Origin: a virus
Strand: one strand, 5' to 3'
Length of the DNA stretch: 64,000 nt
IMG/VR virus record: IMGVR_UViG_3300009104_000009
Location: 19,892-83,891 of that record
Shown here: in pieces, positions 20,372 to 30,356 of the stretch
Numbering within the stretch: position 1 is the stretch's first letter
How the letters are laid out: each line of letters opens with the position of its first letter
Program-made: the position numbers and the translations under genes
The notes under the pieces: generated by a model
What the model was told of the DNA's origin: nothing
Databases searched by the model: none
The model's input: the letters and a program-made list of their open reading frames with translations, nothing else

Positions 20372-20731
20372 ATGATATCGTTTACAGAGAGGGCCGCCAA
20401 CGTGGTACTCAAGATTATGGGCGAACAAAATGTTAGTCAAGAGACGTTTTGCAGAATAGGTGTAAAAGGTGGCGGATGTTCGGGATTTACTTATACTGTA
20501 GATTTTGATAGTAGAAAAAGTAAATTTGATTTAGAATTTGAAAGCCACGGGCTCACTTGCGTGGTAGATAAAAAAAGTCATTTATATATAAAAGGAACAG
20601 AAATAGATTGGTCTAATGATTTAAATGATCGCGGACTAAAGTTTAATAACCCATCTGCGAAAGGCAGTTGTGGTTGTAGAACATCATTTATGCACGAGGG
20701 AATGAATGCAGGAACACCAAGTTGGATGTGA
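20372..20731 (+). CDS. iscA: A-type Fe-S carrier (IscA/HesB family)
   Basis: RIGVKGGGCSGFTY and FNNPSAKGSCGCRTSF. Confidence 0.93.
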   Translation: MISFTERAANVVLKIMGEQNVSQETFCRIGVKGGGCSGFTYTVDFDSRKSKFDLEFESHGLTCVVDKKSHLYIKGTEIDWSNDLNDRGLKFNNPSAKGSCGCRTSFMHEGMNAGTPSWM

Positions 20732-21107
20732 ACTTAAAATAACATTAAAAGCAGCAGTTGAATTTAAACAAATGTGTATTGCTGAAGATAAGCATTGGGT
20801 GGATTCATATTTAAGAGTAGGTGCCAAAGAAGGTGGTTGCTCAGGTTGGAAATATAGTTTAGATTACGAAGATACAGTTGACCCTACAGATGCGGTTTTT
20901 GAGCAACACGGAGTTAAAATGGTTGTTGATAATGAGTTGCTAAATAATATAATGGGTGATGTTGAAGTAGATTATAAAATAGGAAATTTAGTTGAGCAGG
21001 GTTTTGTATTTAATCGCCTCAAATTCGGACATCAATGTGGTTGTGGAGAAAGCTTTACACCACTTAAAGATATGAAAAACGGTAAAGAACAATTAGGCTG
21101 GCAATGA
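20706..21107 (+). CDS. second A-type Fe-S carrier (IscA/HesB family)
   Basis: LRVGAKEGGCSGWKY and CGCGESF. Confidence 0.88.
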   Translation: MQEHQVGCELKITLKAAVEFKQMCIAEDKHWVDSYLRVGAKEGGCSGWKYSLDYEDTVDPTDAVFEQHGVKMVVDNELLNNIMGDVEVDYKIGNLVEQGFVFNRLKFGHQCGCGESFTPLKDMKNGKEQLGWQ

Positions 21108-21340
21108 GAATAACTAATAAAGCAACGGCTCAAAGGCCACTTGGGGTTTACAGAGGCCCAAATATAGTAAATCCAGCAGAAGAAAAACAAAAAGCTGATG
21201 CTGTCGCTGGTAACACTGAAGTGAGACATTTTAAGTGTTCTTCTTGTAATTTGCCTTTTTCTCAAAATATGCCGCCCGGTTCTGAAAAACACCAATCTAA
21301 AATAATATGCCCTAATTGTTATACTGAACAGGTTGGATAA
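21104..21340 (+). CDS. zinc-ribbon protein
   Basis: CSSC...CPNC. Confidence 0.6.
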   Translation: MRITNKATAQRPLGVYRGPNIVNPAEEKQKADAVAGNTEVRHFKCSSCNLPFSQNMPPGSEKHQSKIICPNCYTEQVG

Positions 21341-21351
21341 AAAATGTAATA

Positions 21352-22002
21352 ATGTATTTTATGCACGTGATTGAGGGTAATTCTATATCTGAAGAATATG
21401 CCCGTGAAGGTAATAAACATTTCAAACAAGAATTCAATATTGATCTAGAATTCTTTCCCGCATGTTCACCCGGAATGTTGTCTCCGGAGTTACGTTTTCA
21501 AAAATATAAAGTATCGACTCACGGTCGTAAATTTAAACGTGAGATTCATGAGACGGAAAAAGCTTGTTTTTGTACTCATTTTGAATTATGGAAGAGGTGT
21601 GCAAAACTGGGAAGGTCAATAGTTTGTTTTGAACATGATGCTCGTAAAAATCCCGATATAGAGGATTATTACGATTTAAAATTTAAATTTGAAAGATTTG
21701 TATCAAAAGGTAGTGATTATAAAAAAGATGATGGAATAGCGATTCTAGGCCAACCGCCATGTACGGCATATATGATGTCACCTGAATTTGCCGAAAGTAT
21801 TGTAAAGGCAGTTTATAAGTACATGGAATTAAATGATGGTTTAAATATGCAAGCAGATACATTTTTAATGTATTATATAGAATTAAAAAACGGACATGAA
21901 CCGGTAAGAAGAACAGTATTTAAGCAATCTAAAGAATATGGTCAAATTATAGATCACGGGCCTAAAGATGAGGCTCTTCTCAATGAACCTATAAATAAAT
22001 AA
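21352..22002 (+). CDS. glycosyltransferase family 25-like
   Basis: EKACFCTHFELWKRC...FEHDA, TAYMMSP and AD motifs. Confidence 0.75.
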   Translation: MYFMHVIEGNSISEEYAREGNKHFKQEFNIDLEFFPACSPGMLSPELRFQKYKVSTHGRKFKREIHETEKACFCTHFELWKRCAKLGRSIVCFEHDARKNPDIEDYYDLKFKFERFVSKGSDYKKDDGIAILGQPPCTAYMMSPEFAESIVKAVYKYMELNDGLNMQADTFLMYYIELKNGHEPVRRTVFKQSKEYGQIIDHGPKDEALLNEPINK

Positions 22003-22013
22003 AGGATGGAAGC

Positions 22014-22580
22014 ATGAGAAAAATTCTAATTTTAATATTTGTGTTAATTCTTTCTTCTGCGAAATTTTCAATGAGCCAAGAACAGAATCCGTGGTTCAAA
22101 GGATTTCCAGGAATATTAGAAAAAGAAAAGTGGTCAACCCAGCTTTTATACGATACAACAAATGCGTGTTTTCAAGGAACTTTAAAATGGATAGTGATAA
22201 CACATCCGGGCCTTATAGGACAAGCACCGACACCGTGGGCCCAACGACAAATGTTAACTCATTGTTTTTGTGTGTTAGATAAAATTAGACGTGAACATAA
22301 TGCTGAACAATATAAAGCAAAAGTCTTTGATCAATCATGGGCTGGCCAATTATTCATGGGTAAAGCGATAGAATGTGTATCTGAATATAAAACTCTTCCT
22401 CAATTCTTTGCAATGGAGGATAATAAAACACGAGAAGATTTAGATAGACTTAAAAATAACTTAAAAAATCTAGATAATGAAACTTTAGTGCCACTGGTAC
22501 CGGAAGATTCACAAGAAGAGTCACCAGACCAAAAACAGAAAGAATCAGAAGAGGTACCGGAAACAATTTTTCAAGGATAA
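22014..22580 (+). CDS. exported hypothetical protein
   Basis: N-terminal hydrophobic signal and HCFCVLD; TATAAATA at 21990. Confidence 0.65.
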   Translation: MRKILILIFVLILSSAKFSMSQEQNPWFKGFPGILEKEKWSTQLLYDTTNACFQGTLKWIVITHPGLIGQAPTPWAQRQMLTHCFCVLDKIRREHNAEQYKAKVFDQSWAGQLFMGKAIECVSEYKTLPQFFAMEDNKTREDLDRLKNNLKNLDNETLVPLVPEDSQEESPDQKQKESEEVPETIFQG

Positions 22581-22583
22581 TAC

Positions 22584-23708
22584 ATGAAAAGCTTCAAACA
22601 CATGAGTTTGATGTGTTTTGTTTTGTTATTGTTATCTTTTGGATGTAGTAATTCTACTTTTTTAAATAAACCATCAACTCAAACAGATAATGAACTGGTT
22701 GAAGTTAAAAATACATCAAACTTTCAATCGATAGTAGAAAGGGCCAAGCAGGCTATAGTTCTGCTTTCTACAAGTGCCAATATAGACCCAACTACAGATC
22801 CTACTAAAAACGGATTATGTGCTGGAGTTGCTATCGATGATAAAGGACATATTCTCACAAATTATCATTGTGTTCATAAACAAAATTTTATTAAATTAAT
22901 CTATTATAATGAAAATGATTATGATATGTATGATGTCAATGTAATCGGATTAGATCCATTAGCGGATTTAGCATTACTTGAAGTCATAGGAGATGTGAAA
23001 CCAAAATCTTATGTTAAAATATCTGAAGACACTCCTAATATAAAAGAAGGAGATGAAGTATATGCAATGGGCCATCCAATGGGAATGGCTTGGACTTTAA
23101 CTAAAGGGATTATTTCTAGTAACGAAAGATATGCAAGGCATCCTTATATTAAAGTACTGCAAACCGACGCAGCTATCAATAAGGGCAATTCCGGAGGACC
23201 TCTTTTAAATATGAAAGGTGAAATTATAGGAATTAATGCGATGATTTTGTCCAGAGGAGCTGGAAGTAGTGGAGTAGGGTTAGCAATTAGGGGAGATATT
23301 GTATTAAAATCTGTAGAATCTATGCTAGCTATAGGTAAAGTTGAAAGACCAGCAGTTGGAGTAACGATTATGAGTTTACTCGGTCTTAAAGCCAGAGATA
23401 AAATAATAAAAGAATTTCCTGATCGCAAATCAGAATATATTCCAAATACTTTAGGTTTGTATATAAAACCAGATGGCGGAGTCCCGGAACCGTTAAAACC
23501 ACATGATACAATTATTGGAGTAAACGGTGTTCCAACAAATGATGGATTAAAATTTTCTGATGAATTAGGAAAATATGAGGTTGGGGATACAATTACAATA
23601 TTAATTATTCGAAAACGAGCACTTCGCGAAGTGTCGGTAACATTAAAGGCATTGCCAGTGGATGTGGAAAAATTGTATCCTAAAAATCCAATGCAGATAA
23701 GACCTTAG
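22584..23708 (+). CDS. HtrA/DegP-family serine protease with PDZ domain, probable lipoprotein
   Basis: LTNYHCV, DLALL, QTDAAINKGNSGGPL; lipobox-like SFGC; C-terminal PDZ-like region. Confidence 0.92.
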   Translation: MKSFKHMSLMCFVLLLLSFGCSNSTFLNKPSTQTDNELVEVKNTSNFQSIVERAKQAIVLLSTSANIDPTTDPTKNGLCAGVAIDDKGHILTNYHCVHKQNFIKLIYYNENDYDMYDVNVIGLDPLADLALLEVIGDVKPKSYVKISEDTPNIKEGDEVYAMGHPMGMAWTLTKGIISSNERYARHPYIKVLQTDAAINKGNSGGPLLNMKGEIIGINAMILSRGAGSSGVGLAIRGDIVLKSVESMLAIGKVERPAVGVTIMSLLGLKARDKIIKEFPDRKSEYIPNTLGLYIKPDGGVPEPLKPHDTIIGVNGVPTNDGLKFSDELGKYEVGDTITILIIRKRALREVSVTLKALPVDVEKLYPKNPMQIRP

Positions 23709-23756
23709 AAAGATTCTCTTGAATAAATATAACATAAATTAACTTTGAGGTGAATT

Positions 23757-25214
23757 ATGGAATCTTTTAAAAAGTTTATAGTTGAAGCAACATTTAGTGC
23801 TAAATCTATACAACCAGTTGTTGATAGGATAAGGGCCGTCTTAGAAAGAAAAGCCGGCCTATCCTTTTATCAATATGGCGGTGAAGGTGTTGGTCAACAG
23901 TTTCAAAAAGCTAAAACCGGCGCAGGTGTAGGTATTTTATTTCTTATTGGTGATAAGGGAAAGGCTATCAGATTAAACTGGGAAAAGAAAAATGCTAAGC
24001 AAACCAGTATCACTTCTTGTGATTATTGGGATAGTTGGAATATAGATTTTCCTTGGCCTACACGAACCGTTCACGGTTTACATCATCTTAATTCTATTCA
24101 ACTAGTAGACACCCTTTCAAATTTTATTAAATCCCCAAAAGCTCGAGAACTTAAAATTACAATTAATGAAGCTTCTGGTGAATTAGATCTTGCTAGCGTT
24201 GCAAGAGCTGCTTATCATGAATTAGGTAGTTCCGAAGTTAAAGTATCTGAATTAAAAGATATATCTCGCCGATTAGGAAAAAAAGTAAATCAATATCAGT
24301 TATCAAAATTACCTAGAGGAAAACGCGGGACTGTTAATATAACAATGTTATTAGATACTGATGTAGGTGAAAAAGAAACTGTTCAAGATGATCCATCTCA
24401 AAAGAAAATAGAAGCTGCTGCAGATAAAGTTCCAGTAGATGAGTTATTTAAAGATTTATCCGATTTAGTTGACCTAGTTATTAGAGATGCTCGACCAGCT
24501 CTTTTGATAACAGGTGGCGGAGGAACAGGAAAATCCTTTACTGTGAAAGAACGTATAAAGAAAGCTGGAATAACAAAAGCAGATTATAAAATTAGTAAAG
24601 GCGCAACATCGGTATTTGGATTATATACTGAATTTTTTATGGCGAGAAAAGGAAAATTAATTGTATTTGACGATAATGATGATGTATTTAAAGATATGAC
24701 CTCCCAAAATCTTTTAAAAGCTGCTTTGGATAGTTATGATGAAAGAGAGATATCGTGGTCTTCAAAATCAACTGTACCAATTGATCAATCTTTACCTCGT
24801 GCTGCAATCATACAAATTGAAGATGGAATTGAACAAAATTTGGTAGCAGGCGGAGATCCAGAAACTGGTAAGTTACCACGATTACCGAACACTTTTGAAT
24901 TTAATGGTAGAGTTATTTTTATATCAAATCTTCCAAAAGATAAAATACCTCAACCTGTTATATCAAGATCTTTAACTATTGATATTTCATTATCTCCCGG
25001 AGAATTAATGGAAAGAATGGAAGCAGTGGTTCCAGTTATTGCTAAAGAAACAGGTGTATCGGAAGGCCAGGCGGAAATGGTATTGAGAAAATTAAAAGAG
25101 TTAGCGGAAGCAAAGAAAATATCTCAACCCACAATGAGAACTTTACCTGCCGCAATAAATATTATGAAATCAGGAATGCCTAGATGGGAAACCTTATTGA
25201 AATATGCTGCATGA
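23757..25214 (+). CDS. AAA-family P-loop ATPase with capsid-targeting-like N-terminus
   Basis: GGGGTGKS, LIVFDDND, NLLKAALDS, IFISN; starts MESFKKFIVEA. Confidence 0.8.
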   Translation: MESFKKFIVEATFSAKSIQPVVDRIRAVLERKAGLSFYQYGGEGVGQQFQKAKTGAGVGILFLIGDKGKAIRLNWEKKNAKQTSITSCDYWDSWNIDFPWPTRTVHGLHHLNSIQLVDTLSNFIKSPKARELKITINEASGELDLASVARAAYHELGSSEVKVSELKDISRRLGKKVNQYQLSKLPRGKRGTVNITMLLDTDVGEKETVQDDPSQKKIEAAADKVPVDELFKDLSDLVDLVIRDARPALLITGGGGTGKSFTVKERIKKAGITKADYKISKGATSVFGLYTEFFMARKGKLIVFDDNDDVFKDMTSQNLLKAALDSYDEREISWSSKSTVPIDQSLPRAAIIQIEDGIEQNLVAGGDPETGKLPRLPNTFEFNGRVIFISNLPKDKIPQPVISRSLTIDISLSPGELMERMEAVVPVIAKETGVSEGQAEMVLRKLKELAEAKKISQPTMRTLPAAINIMKSGMPRWETLLKYAA

Positions 25215-25340
25215 AGGATTGGATTGCTAGAAAACTTCAAGAATTAAGAGGTCCCGCAAAAGTAATTCCCTTCCCTTTGAAAGATGAGAATATATATAGA
25301 TTACGAAATTCTCAATTAGATAATAATACAGAGAAACGCG

Positions 25341-25553
25341 ATGAACATATCGAGGTATCCTGAACTAGAACAACACACTGATTTTCTAGCCCAATCACGA
25401 CAATATCAAATTAGAATATTTAAAAAAACCGGTAATTTTGTGGTTTTAGATGAGGATGGAGATTTCGTAGTGGTAAATAGAAGTGAAGCAGAATGGGTTT
25501 CGTCCATTATGCTAGAAAACCTTATGGAGCACAATGAAGTCATGGTCTCTTGA
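25341..25553 (+). CDS. hypothetical protein
   Basis: 70-aa ORF overlapping the next gene. Confidence 0.55.
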   Translation: MNISRYPELEQHTDFLAQSRQYQIRIFKKTGNFVVLDEDGDFVVVNRSEAEWVSSIMLENLMEHNEVMVS

Positions 25554-26160
25554 TAAAGATTTAGCGTCAAGCTGTTTAGAAACTCTCGAAGGAATTAAAG
25601 ATTGGAAAACTTTTGAGAGAAATAATAGTTTAATGTTTGAATACTATGATTGGGAACAGCACGACGACCTTAGAGAAGTTTATAATCAACTTCATTCACA
25701 ACGTACAATTAAAAATTTAGAAGAGGAAACTAATACTAGTGGATTATTATTTGATCCGTTAGGTGTTGGTGAGGGTATATCTAAAATGGTTAAAGGGTGT
25801 AAACTCGATCCTCATATAGATTTTAATTGGAATAACAGAGTTAAACTAAACAGGGTTTTTAGTTTAATTGTTTATCTTGGATATTGTAAAGGAGGTGAAT
25901 TTCAAATCTGGGATAAAGAAAGAAAAAATATTATGTGGAATCATACGCCGGATCATAATACATCAGTATTATTTAAAAATAATGATTCGGTTCCACATAG
26001 TGTAACTGAAATAACAAATGGCACCAGATATGCTATAAGACAATTTTATTATCAAAGTAATAGCACTCCTATCGAAGACCCTCATCAATCTTTATATTAT
26101 TATGACGGTGAAAAAGCTTATAACATTGAAAAGAAAATGCCTACAAATTCTATAGATTAA
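25534..26160 (+). CDS. 2OG-Fe(II) oxygenase
   Basis: HID...GGEFQIW...HSV...R triad. Confidence 0.85.
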   Translation: MKSWSLDKDLASSCLETLEGIKDWKTFERNNSLMFEYYDWEQHDDLREVYNQLHSQRTIKNLEEETNTSGLLFDPLGVGEGISKMVKGCKLDPHIDFNWNNRVKLNRVFSLIVYLGYCKGGEFQIWDKERKNIMWNHTPDHNTSVLFKNNDSVPHSVTEITNGTRYAIRQFYYQSNSTPIEDPHQSLYYYDGEKAYNIEKKMPTNSID

Positions 26161-26161
26161 T

Positions 26162-26542
26162 ATGAACGCTGAAGAAGAAGAGATAGCTATACAAAAAGCT
26201 ATCGAAGACGGAATTCCTATAATAAATGTCGGACAGGAAGAAGATTATCAAATCGCCTTAGAAGTGTGGGGGAAATTTAAAGTTGTTTATCCAGATGGAA
26301 GAGAAGAGATTGTAGAAGGAAAGCATGCTTTTTGTACATGCGGTCTTTCTAGAACTAAACCATATTGTGATCAAACACATCAATGTTTTAGATCCGACCC
26401 AAGTGATCCAAGTAGATCTAAAGAAGTAAAATGGGAATTTTTAACAAATAAAGAACGACACGATATAATGAACGGCATAAAAATTGACCATCTCAAAATT
26501 AAAGCTAGAGATGATGATCCCACATTTGATAGAGAAGCATGA
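26162..26542 (+). CDS. CDGSH (NEET-type) iron-sulfur domain protein
   Basis: FCTCGLSRTKPYCDQTH. Confidence 0.85.
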   Translation: MNAEEEEIAIQKAIEDGIPIINVGQEEDYQIALEVWGKFKVVYPDGREEIVEGKHAFCTCGLSRTKPYCDQTHQCFRSDPSDPSRSKEVKWEFLTNKERHDIMNGIKIDHLKIKARDDDPTFDREA

Positions 26543-27363
26543 TATATCTTTTTGGTGATAGTTTTGTAGAGAATGAACCCGCAGAAAGTTTAGGAGTTGA
26601 GGAGCATGAACGTTGGTATCAAATGCTTTCCAGTAACCTCAATGAAGAACATAAGAATTATGGTAAATGCGGTGAAGGTCCCTCAGCATCGTTGAAAAAA
26701 TTTCATCGACTTTACGAGGACCATAAATTCAAAGAAAATGATAAATTTGTATTTGTATTATCAAGTCCATATAGAATCCCATGGACCTGGCTTAAAGACG
26801 AATCGCATGCCTCTCAGGTATATGAGGATTGGCAGGAAGATAAAGATATTCGAGAGCGTTATCCCGACTTCAAGTCTAAGCGAGATTCTGCTTGTAAGAT
26901 TCGTTGGGCAAAATGTGTAAATGCAATTTATGATAGCATGCGCGATGAATTCGATCATTTAAATTTAAAGAATATTTCATATCTTTCTACTATATCTAAA
27001 CAGAATAATTGGCAGATGATTGTTTTTCGAGTATGGGGAATGAATCCTAATCCCTATAGTAAAGTATATGAAGAAAATTTATTTGATTTTTCAATACTTA
27101 ATGATGATTTATTTTATTTTTATCCAATTCCATTATATGAACATTCAAAAAAAGAATGGGTTGATGAATCATTAGAATTTCAAGGAACTCTTAATCATTT
27201 TACTTATCGTAATCATATAATATTGAGTAATATTATGATAAACCATTTTAAGAAAACAGATTTGCCTACTAAATTTCATGAGCATTTTATTCGCGGTGTA
27301 AAAAATGTAGAAAGACGTTATGCTGAAGATCCAAATCAATTAGTAGACTTTATATACGAATGA
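26539..27363 (+). CDS. SGNH/GDSL-like protein
   Basis: LFGDSF at the N-terminus and NHF near the C-terminus; paralog of 28853. Confidence 0.6.
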   Translation: MIYLFGDSFVENEPAESLGVEEHERWYQMLSSNLNEEHKNYGKCGEGPSASLKKFHRLYEDHKFKENDKFVFVLSSPYRIPWTWLKDESHASQVYEDWQEDKDIRERYPDFKSKRDSACKIRWAKCVNAIYDSMRDEFDHLNLKNISYLSTISKQNNWQMIVFRVWGMNPNPYSKVYEENLFDFSILNDDLFYFYPIPLYEHSKKEWVDESLEFQGTLNHFTYRNHIILSNIMINHFKKTDLPTKFHEHFIRGVKNVERRYAEDPNQLVDFIYE

Positions 27364-28259
27364 AATTTATAATTGAACCACCCACCGTTAACGATCCAGA
27401 TTTAACACCTTTATTAGATATAGAGGGCCCGATAGAAGTATATGATGTATTCGAAGTAGATAGAGAACCGATTATTACATTTTTAGAAACATTGCCTAAT
27501 GAAGTAACTTATTATACCGCCGATGGGAATTTGAAAAGTGATAAACTCAAAATAATATACGATCCTTATTCTTTTTTGACTGAGATCAGTCAGCGCAGTA
27601 GAGACGTATATTATCATAAGCCTGTTATACATGGTCCTATAAAATATAATTTTATTAGTTTATGTTCGGCACCTAGAAAACATAAGTATGATTTGTTAGA
27701 TAACTTCTATACTAATAAATATTTTATATATTCGAATTATCCTTATTCTATGGTTAATGAAACAGATTATAAGTGGCATCCGAATAAGCCCTTGAAAGAA
27801 TATAAGGGTAAGAACGGATTTTCTAATTTAGACATAAAAAGTCTTACGGAAATAGAATCTGATCATCACGGATTTCAAGAATTGGTCCCCGTTGAATATT
27901 ATCAATCTAATTGTGATTTGGTATTAGAATCAACAGTTGAGACTCTTTTTATTACAGAAAAGACATGGAAACCCATAGTATATAAAAAACCATTTTTGGT
28001 TTGGGGTGGAAGTGGAATTCATGCTAAGTTAAAAGATTTAGGTTTTAAATTATTTGAAGAATTGTTTAATTATAATTTTGACAAATTTAGAAATAATAAA
28101 AAGCGATTAGATAAGTTGTGTGAGACAGTAAAACCTTACATGAATATGGAACCTAGTACATTAGAACATTCTATAAAATTATCTATTAAAGATAAAATAG
28201 AATATAATTATAATCTTTATTGTGAAAAATTTAATGTGGAACAAAGTAGAAGAATTTGA
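27360..28259 (+). CDS. glycosyltransferase-like protein (TEKT family)
   Basis: ESTVETLFITEKTWKPI..KKPFLVWG...LGFKLF..F.Y.FD. Confidence 0.6.
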   Translation: MKFIIEPPTVNDPDLTPLLDIEGPIEVYDVFEVDREPIITFLETLPNEVTYYTADGNLKSDKLKIIYDPYSFLTEISQRSRDVYYHKPVIHGPIKYNFISLCSAPRKHKYDLLDNFYTNKYFIYSNYPYSMVNETDYKWHPNKPLKEYKGKNGFSNLDIKSLTEIESDHHGFQELVPVEYYQSNCDLVLESTVETLFITEKTWKPIVYKKPFLVWGGSGIHAKLKDLGFKLFEELFNYNFDKFRNNKKRLDKLCETVKPYMNMEPSTLEHSIKLSIKDKIEYNYNLYCEKFNVEQSRRI

Positions 28260-28860
28260 AAAATTAATTGCTGAGTTTGCAGGATCTAAGTACGCCATAG
28301 CAACAGATAGTTGTACTAACGCAATTTTCATATCAGCATTATGGAATAAAAAAACTAAGCCATTTGACATATATAATAATATAGCTGAGGTACCCAAACA
28401 AACATATGTGAGTGTCCCTCAAGCTCTTCGACAAGCTGGATATAGGTTGAAATTTAAAGATATTAAATGGAAAGGATATTATCCAATAGAGCCGTTAAAT
28501 ATTGTTGATGGTGCTTGTCGATTCACTAGGGATATGTATTTTCCGGGAAGTTATCATTGTCTCAGTTTTCATCATAGAAAAACAATATCTACTGTTAGAG
28601 GGGGTATGATATTAACAGATGATAAGGATTTTGTTAAATGGGCACGACCGATGATTTATATGGGTCGAAATAAAGATGTTAAATATGTAGATGATGAACT
28701 TATGGCAGATGGTTATAACATGTATATGACACCTGAGACAGCCGAACTAGGATTATTTAAATTTGATATGTTTATGAGAGGAGAACAAAAAGTAGAAGAT
28801 ATAGATATAGCTGATAGTAATCATTATAAAGATATTAGTATTTTAAATTGGAATGATTGA
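28234..28860 (+). CDS. DegT/DnrJ/StrS-family PLP aminotransferase (short form)
   Basis: FEKLIAEFAGSKYAIATDSCTNA, VDGA, SFHHRKTIS..RGGMILT. Confidence 0.85.
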   Translation: MWNKVEEFEKLIAEFAGSKYAIATDSCTNAIFISALWNKKTKPFDIYNNIAEVPKQTYVSVPQALRQAGYRLKFKDIKWKGYYPIEPLNIVDGACRFTRDMYFPGSYHCLSFHHRKTISTVRGGMILTDDKDFVKWARPMIYMGRNKDVKYVDDELMADGYNMYMTPETAELGLFKFDMFMRGEQKVEDIDIADSNHYKDISILNWND

Positions 28861-29662
28861 TATATACGGAGACAGTTTCGCAGATCCTAATTGGAAAATA
28901 GGAATGCCGGTTCACGAATCGGTTGATACAAATTTTACATCATGGTATGAAAGATTAGGAGATGAACCGATGCATCGAGGAAGAAATTTTGCTAAGTCTG
29001 CAACAGGGCCTCATTATTCGTTTCGCGAGTTATATAAACGTTATAAGAAATATACAAAAGATGATCATATAATTTTTATTATTTCAGGTCGCGATAGAAT
29101 TCATTTTCATGTACCGAGAGAATTTCAACGGGAAGATAGATACCAACAAATTTGTCCAGAAGACGTTTTTTGGGATGAACGTAAAAATCAAACTACTCTT
29201 CCGGATTTGTTTCGAAAAAATTCAAAGAATGCCGAGATTCCTCTTACAGCGTGGTATGAGAAGTATAGATTACACATGGATTATGCTTATAAAACATTTA
29301 AAGCAGAAATAGATAATTCGACTGTCAAATGTGAATCTTTTCTCTATATGATATCTAGAATTCAACAATGTAAAGTAACCGTATTTTTATTACATGCTAA
29401 TGATTCGTATATGGGTGATAGGTTAAATGATGATTTATTTTATTTGCATAACTATAGCCTATTGAGGGCTAGTAATGAAGAATTTATTAATTATAAAGAA
29501 AATAGATTTCCAAGATGGGAACTAAGACAGAACCATCTTTCAAAAGAAAATCATGATGTGATGGAAGAAATTATTCGGACAAGAACTTTTAAACCATTCA
29601 AGAAAAACTTTGTAGATCCAACACCATTCGAACAAGACGAAGAAAGATTTATATATGATTAA
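28853..29662 (+). CDS. SGNH/GDSL-like protein
   Basis: IYGDSFAD...NHLS..NH; paralog of 26539. Confidence 0.6.
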   Translation: MIDIYGDSFADPNWKIGMPVHESVDTNFTSWYERLGDEPMHRGRNFAKSATGPHYSFRELYKRYKKYTKDDHIIFIISGRDRIHFHVPREFQREDRYQQICPEDVFWDERKNQTTLPDLFRKNSKNAEIPLTAWYEKYRLHMDYAYKTFKAEIDNSTVKCESFLYMISRIQQCKVTVFLLHANDSYMGDRLNDDLFYLHNYSLLRASNEEFINYKENRFPRWELRQNHLSKENHDVMEEIIRTRTFKPFKKNFVDPTPFEQDEERFIYD

Positions 29663-30356
29663 GATAATCAGATATGATGTAAAGAAATATAATTTTAGGA
29701 AATGGTTTGAAGACTGCTTAGGTCGACTTGAAGATATACATTTAAATCATGATATCAAACCAGTGACATATAGTACTGCTGGAGGAATACATCTACCTGA
29801 AGAAGATACACAATATGGATTGATTGAAAAACTCTTTAAAGAGGTTGTAAATAAAGCATATGCTTTTAGACATATGTGGTGGGATTTTCAGAAAGAAGTA
29901 ATTAAACCGTACTTCGGTGAAGACACAGTTATTCAACGCTTACCATCAGTAAAAATATTTCCATCTGGATATGATTGGAAGTTTGTTGAAAAAACTACAA
30001 AGGTAAATGGTAGAAAAGCTAATTTACATTATGAAATGGATCACCCTTTTCATCATCCAGAGTTTGAGACAAATTTTATAGTGCCGTTAATAGATATGGA
30101 TGAAGATAACGGTATATTTGTAGATGGAGAAATGTGCGCTTGCAATGAAGGTCAGGTATTAGTATTTGATCAATTATTACATGGTGGATATGTTTATAAT
30201 AGATCTCCCAATACTAGAGTTTCTATAGATTTTAAAGCATGCGCGTATAGTCAATATGATAGAGAGGTGCTCACTGATATAAAAGTAAGAAAAAGAGGTG
30301 AGTGGACAACACAAAAAGAATTATTTAAAATTGGTAATTATTATAGTATGGTATGA
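29655..30356 (+). CDS. StrG-like cupin/oxygenase-fold protein
   Basis: IQRLPSVKI, HPEFETNFIVPL, LHG..YN....TRVSIDF. Confidence 0.55.
   Translation: MIKIIRYDVKKYNFRKWFEDCLGRLEDIHLNHDIKPVTYSTAGGIHLPEEDTQYGLIEKLFKEVVNKAYAFRHMWWDFQKEVIKPYFGEDTVIQRLPSVKIFPSGYDWKFVEKTTKVNGRKANLHYEMDHPFHHPEFETNFIVPLIDMDEDNGIFVDGEMCACNEGQVLVFDQLLHGGYVYNRSPNTRVSIDFKACAYSQYDREVLTDIKVRKRGEWTTQKELFKIGNYYSMV

Noticed and set aside
20369-20374. TGA immediately followed by the in-frame ATG of iscA (possible read-through)
   Set aside because: IscA has its own normal start, there is no hairpin with AAGU at +21..+24, and there is no Cys-motif context.
22584-22604. MKSFKHM at the HtrA N-terminus as a capsid-targeting signal
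   Set aside because: It is followed by a hydrophobic core and lipobox, so it is better explained as a signal-peptide N-region.
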